Positions 15,674-15,991 of a DNA stretch of 15,991 nucleotides are shown one piece after another. The notes below the pieces were generated by a model. It made no database searches, was not told the origin of the DNA, and saw only the letters and a program-made list of their open reading frames with translations. The translations under genes were made by a program, and so were the position numbers. Source of the stretch: a virus (lineage: Duplodnaviria > Heunggongvirae > Uroviricota > Caudoviricetes); the IMG/VR virus record IMGVR_UViG_2654588181_000004. The stretch is one strand, 5' to 3'. Numbering within the stretch: position 1 is the first letter of the stretch; each line of letters opens with the position of its first letter.

Positions 15674-15991
15674 TCACTCTCCACATTTGAATGTCAGACG
15701 AGCGACACCATGTAATCCTACACCTTCTGTCTTCAGCTCAACTATTTGCATTTTTTTGCCCTGAGTAACACAGAAATGAGTTGCATCATTTTTTACTATA
15801 TTTTCTGCACCAGATATTCTACCCCTGGCTAAAGAAGCTTCGGCTTCGGTGTAGTATTGGTTATCGAGTTTACGCTGAATATTACTTTTATATGCAAGAC
15901 CAAATTTACCGATACTTGTCTCATCATTATGCACAGCACAACCAGACATAATAAAAATACTAATTAATGATATAGCAGCTATCTTTTTCAT
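15674..15991 (-). CDS. yegR: Small putative lipoprotein YegR, 105 aa (signal peptide with lipobox-like SGC)
   Basis: MKKIAAISLISIFIMSGCAV... is a typical lipoprotein signal. 105 aa and position after the P2 remnant match my recollection of E. coli yegR. The start codon is at the last base of the window. Confidence 0.6.
   Translation of the reverse strand: MKKIAAISLISIFIMSGCAVHNDETSIGKFGLAYKSNIQRKLDNQYYTEAEASLARGRISGAENIVKNDATHFCVTQGKKMQIVELKTEGVGLHGVARLTFKCGE

Noticed and set aside
15471-15686. 71-aa minus-strand ORF spanning the attL core and the yegR downstream region
   Set aside because: It crosses the att core repeat and has an arbitrary Cys/Arg-rich translation; most likely a chance ORF.

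Overview
This window is an E. coli-type chromosomal locus (yegQ/trhP, cyaR sRNA, yegR) carrying a ~14 kb defective P2-like prophage integrated at the 3' end of cyaR. The prophage is bounded by 27-bp direct repeats (1507-1533 and 15488-15514). In window order it holds ogr, D, a shortened tape-measure gene T (no U), E/E+E' with the T6G frameshift site, FII, a 3' fragment of the sheath gene FI, a short probable Q 3' fragment with its terminator, the cos site, then an AT-rich 738-aa gene, followed by A, four small early ORFs, B, an orf78-like ORF, cox, C and int. The whole head, lysis and tail-fibre block (Q through most of FI) is deleted. The main candidate for a new system is the single AT-rich gene at 7099-9315, sitting between cos and gene A where P2 carries tin/old. 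Read from its sequence, it is an ABC/Rad50-like ATPase with a CxxC hook in a coiled-coil insert and a small C-terminal domain with HEPN-like R/E/H residues. That architecture matches RloC/PrrC-type anticodon nucleases, so I call it a candidate anti-phage abortive-infection tRNase. All homology calls rest on recalled family features and motif reading, not on a database search.
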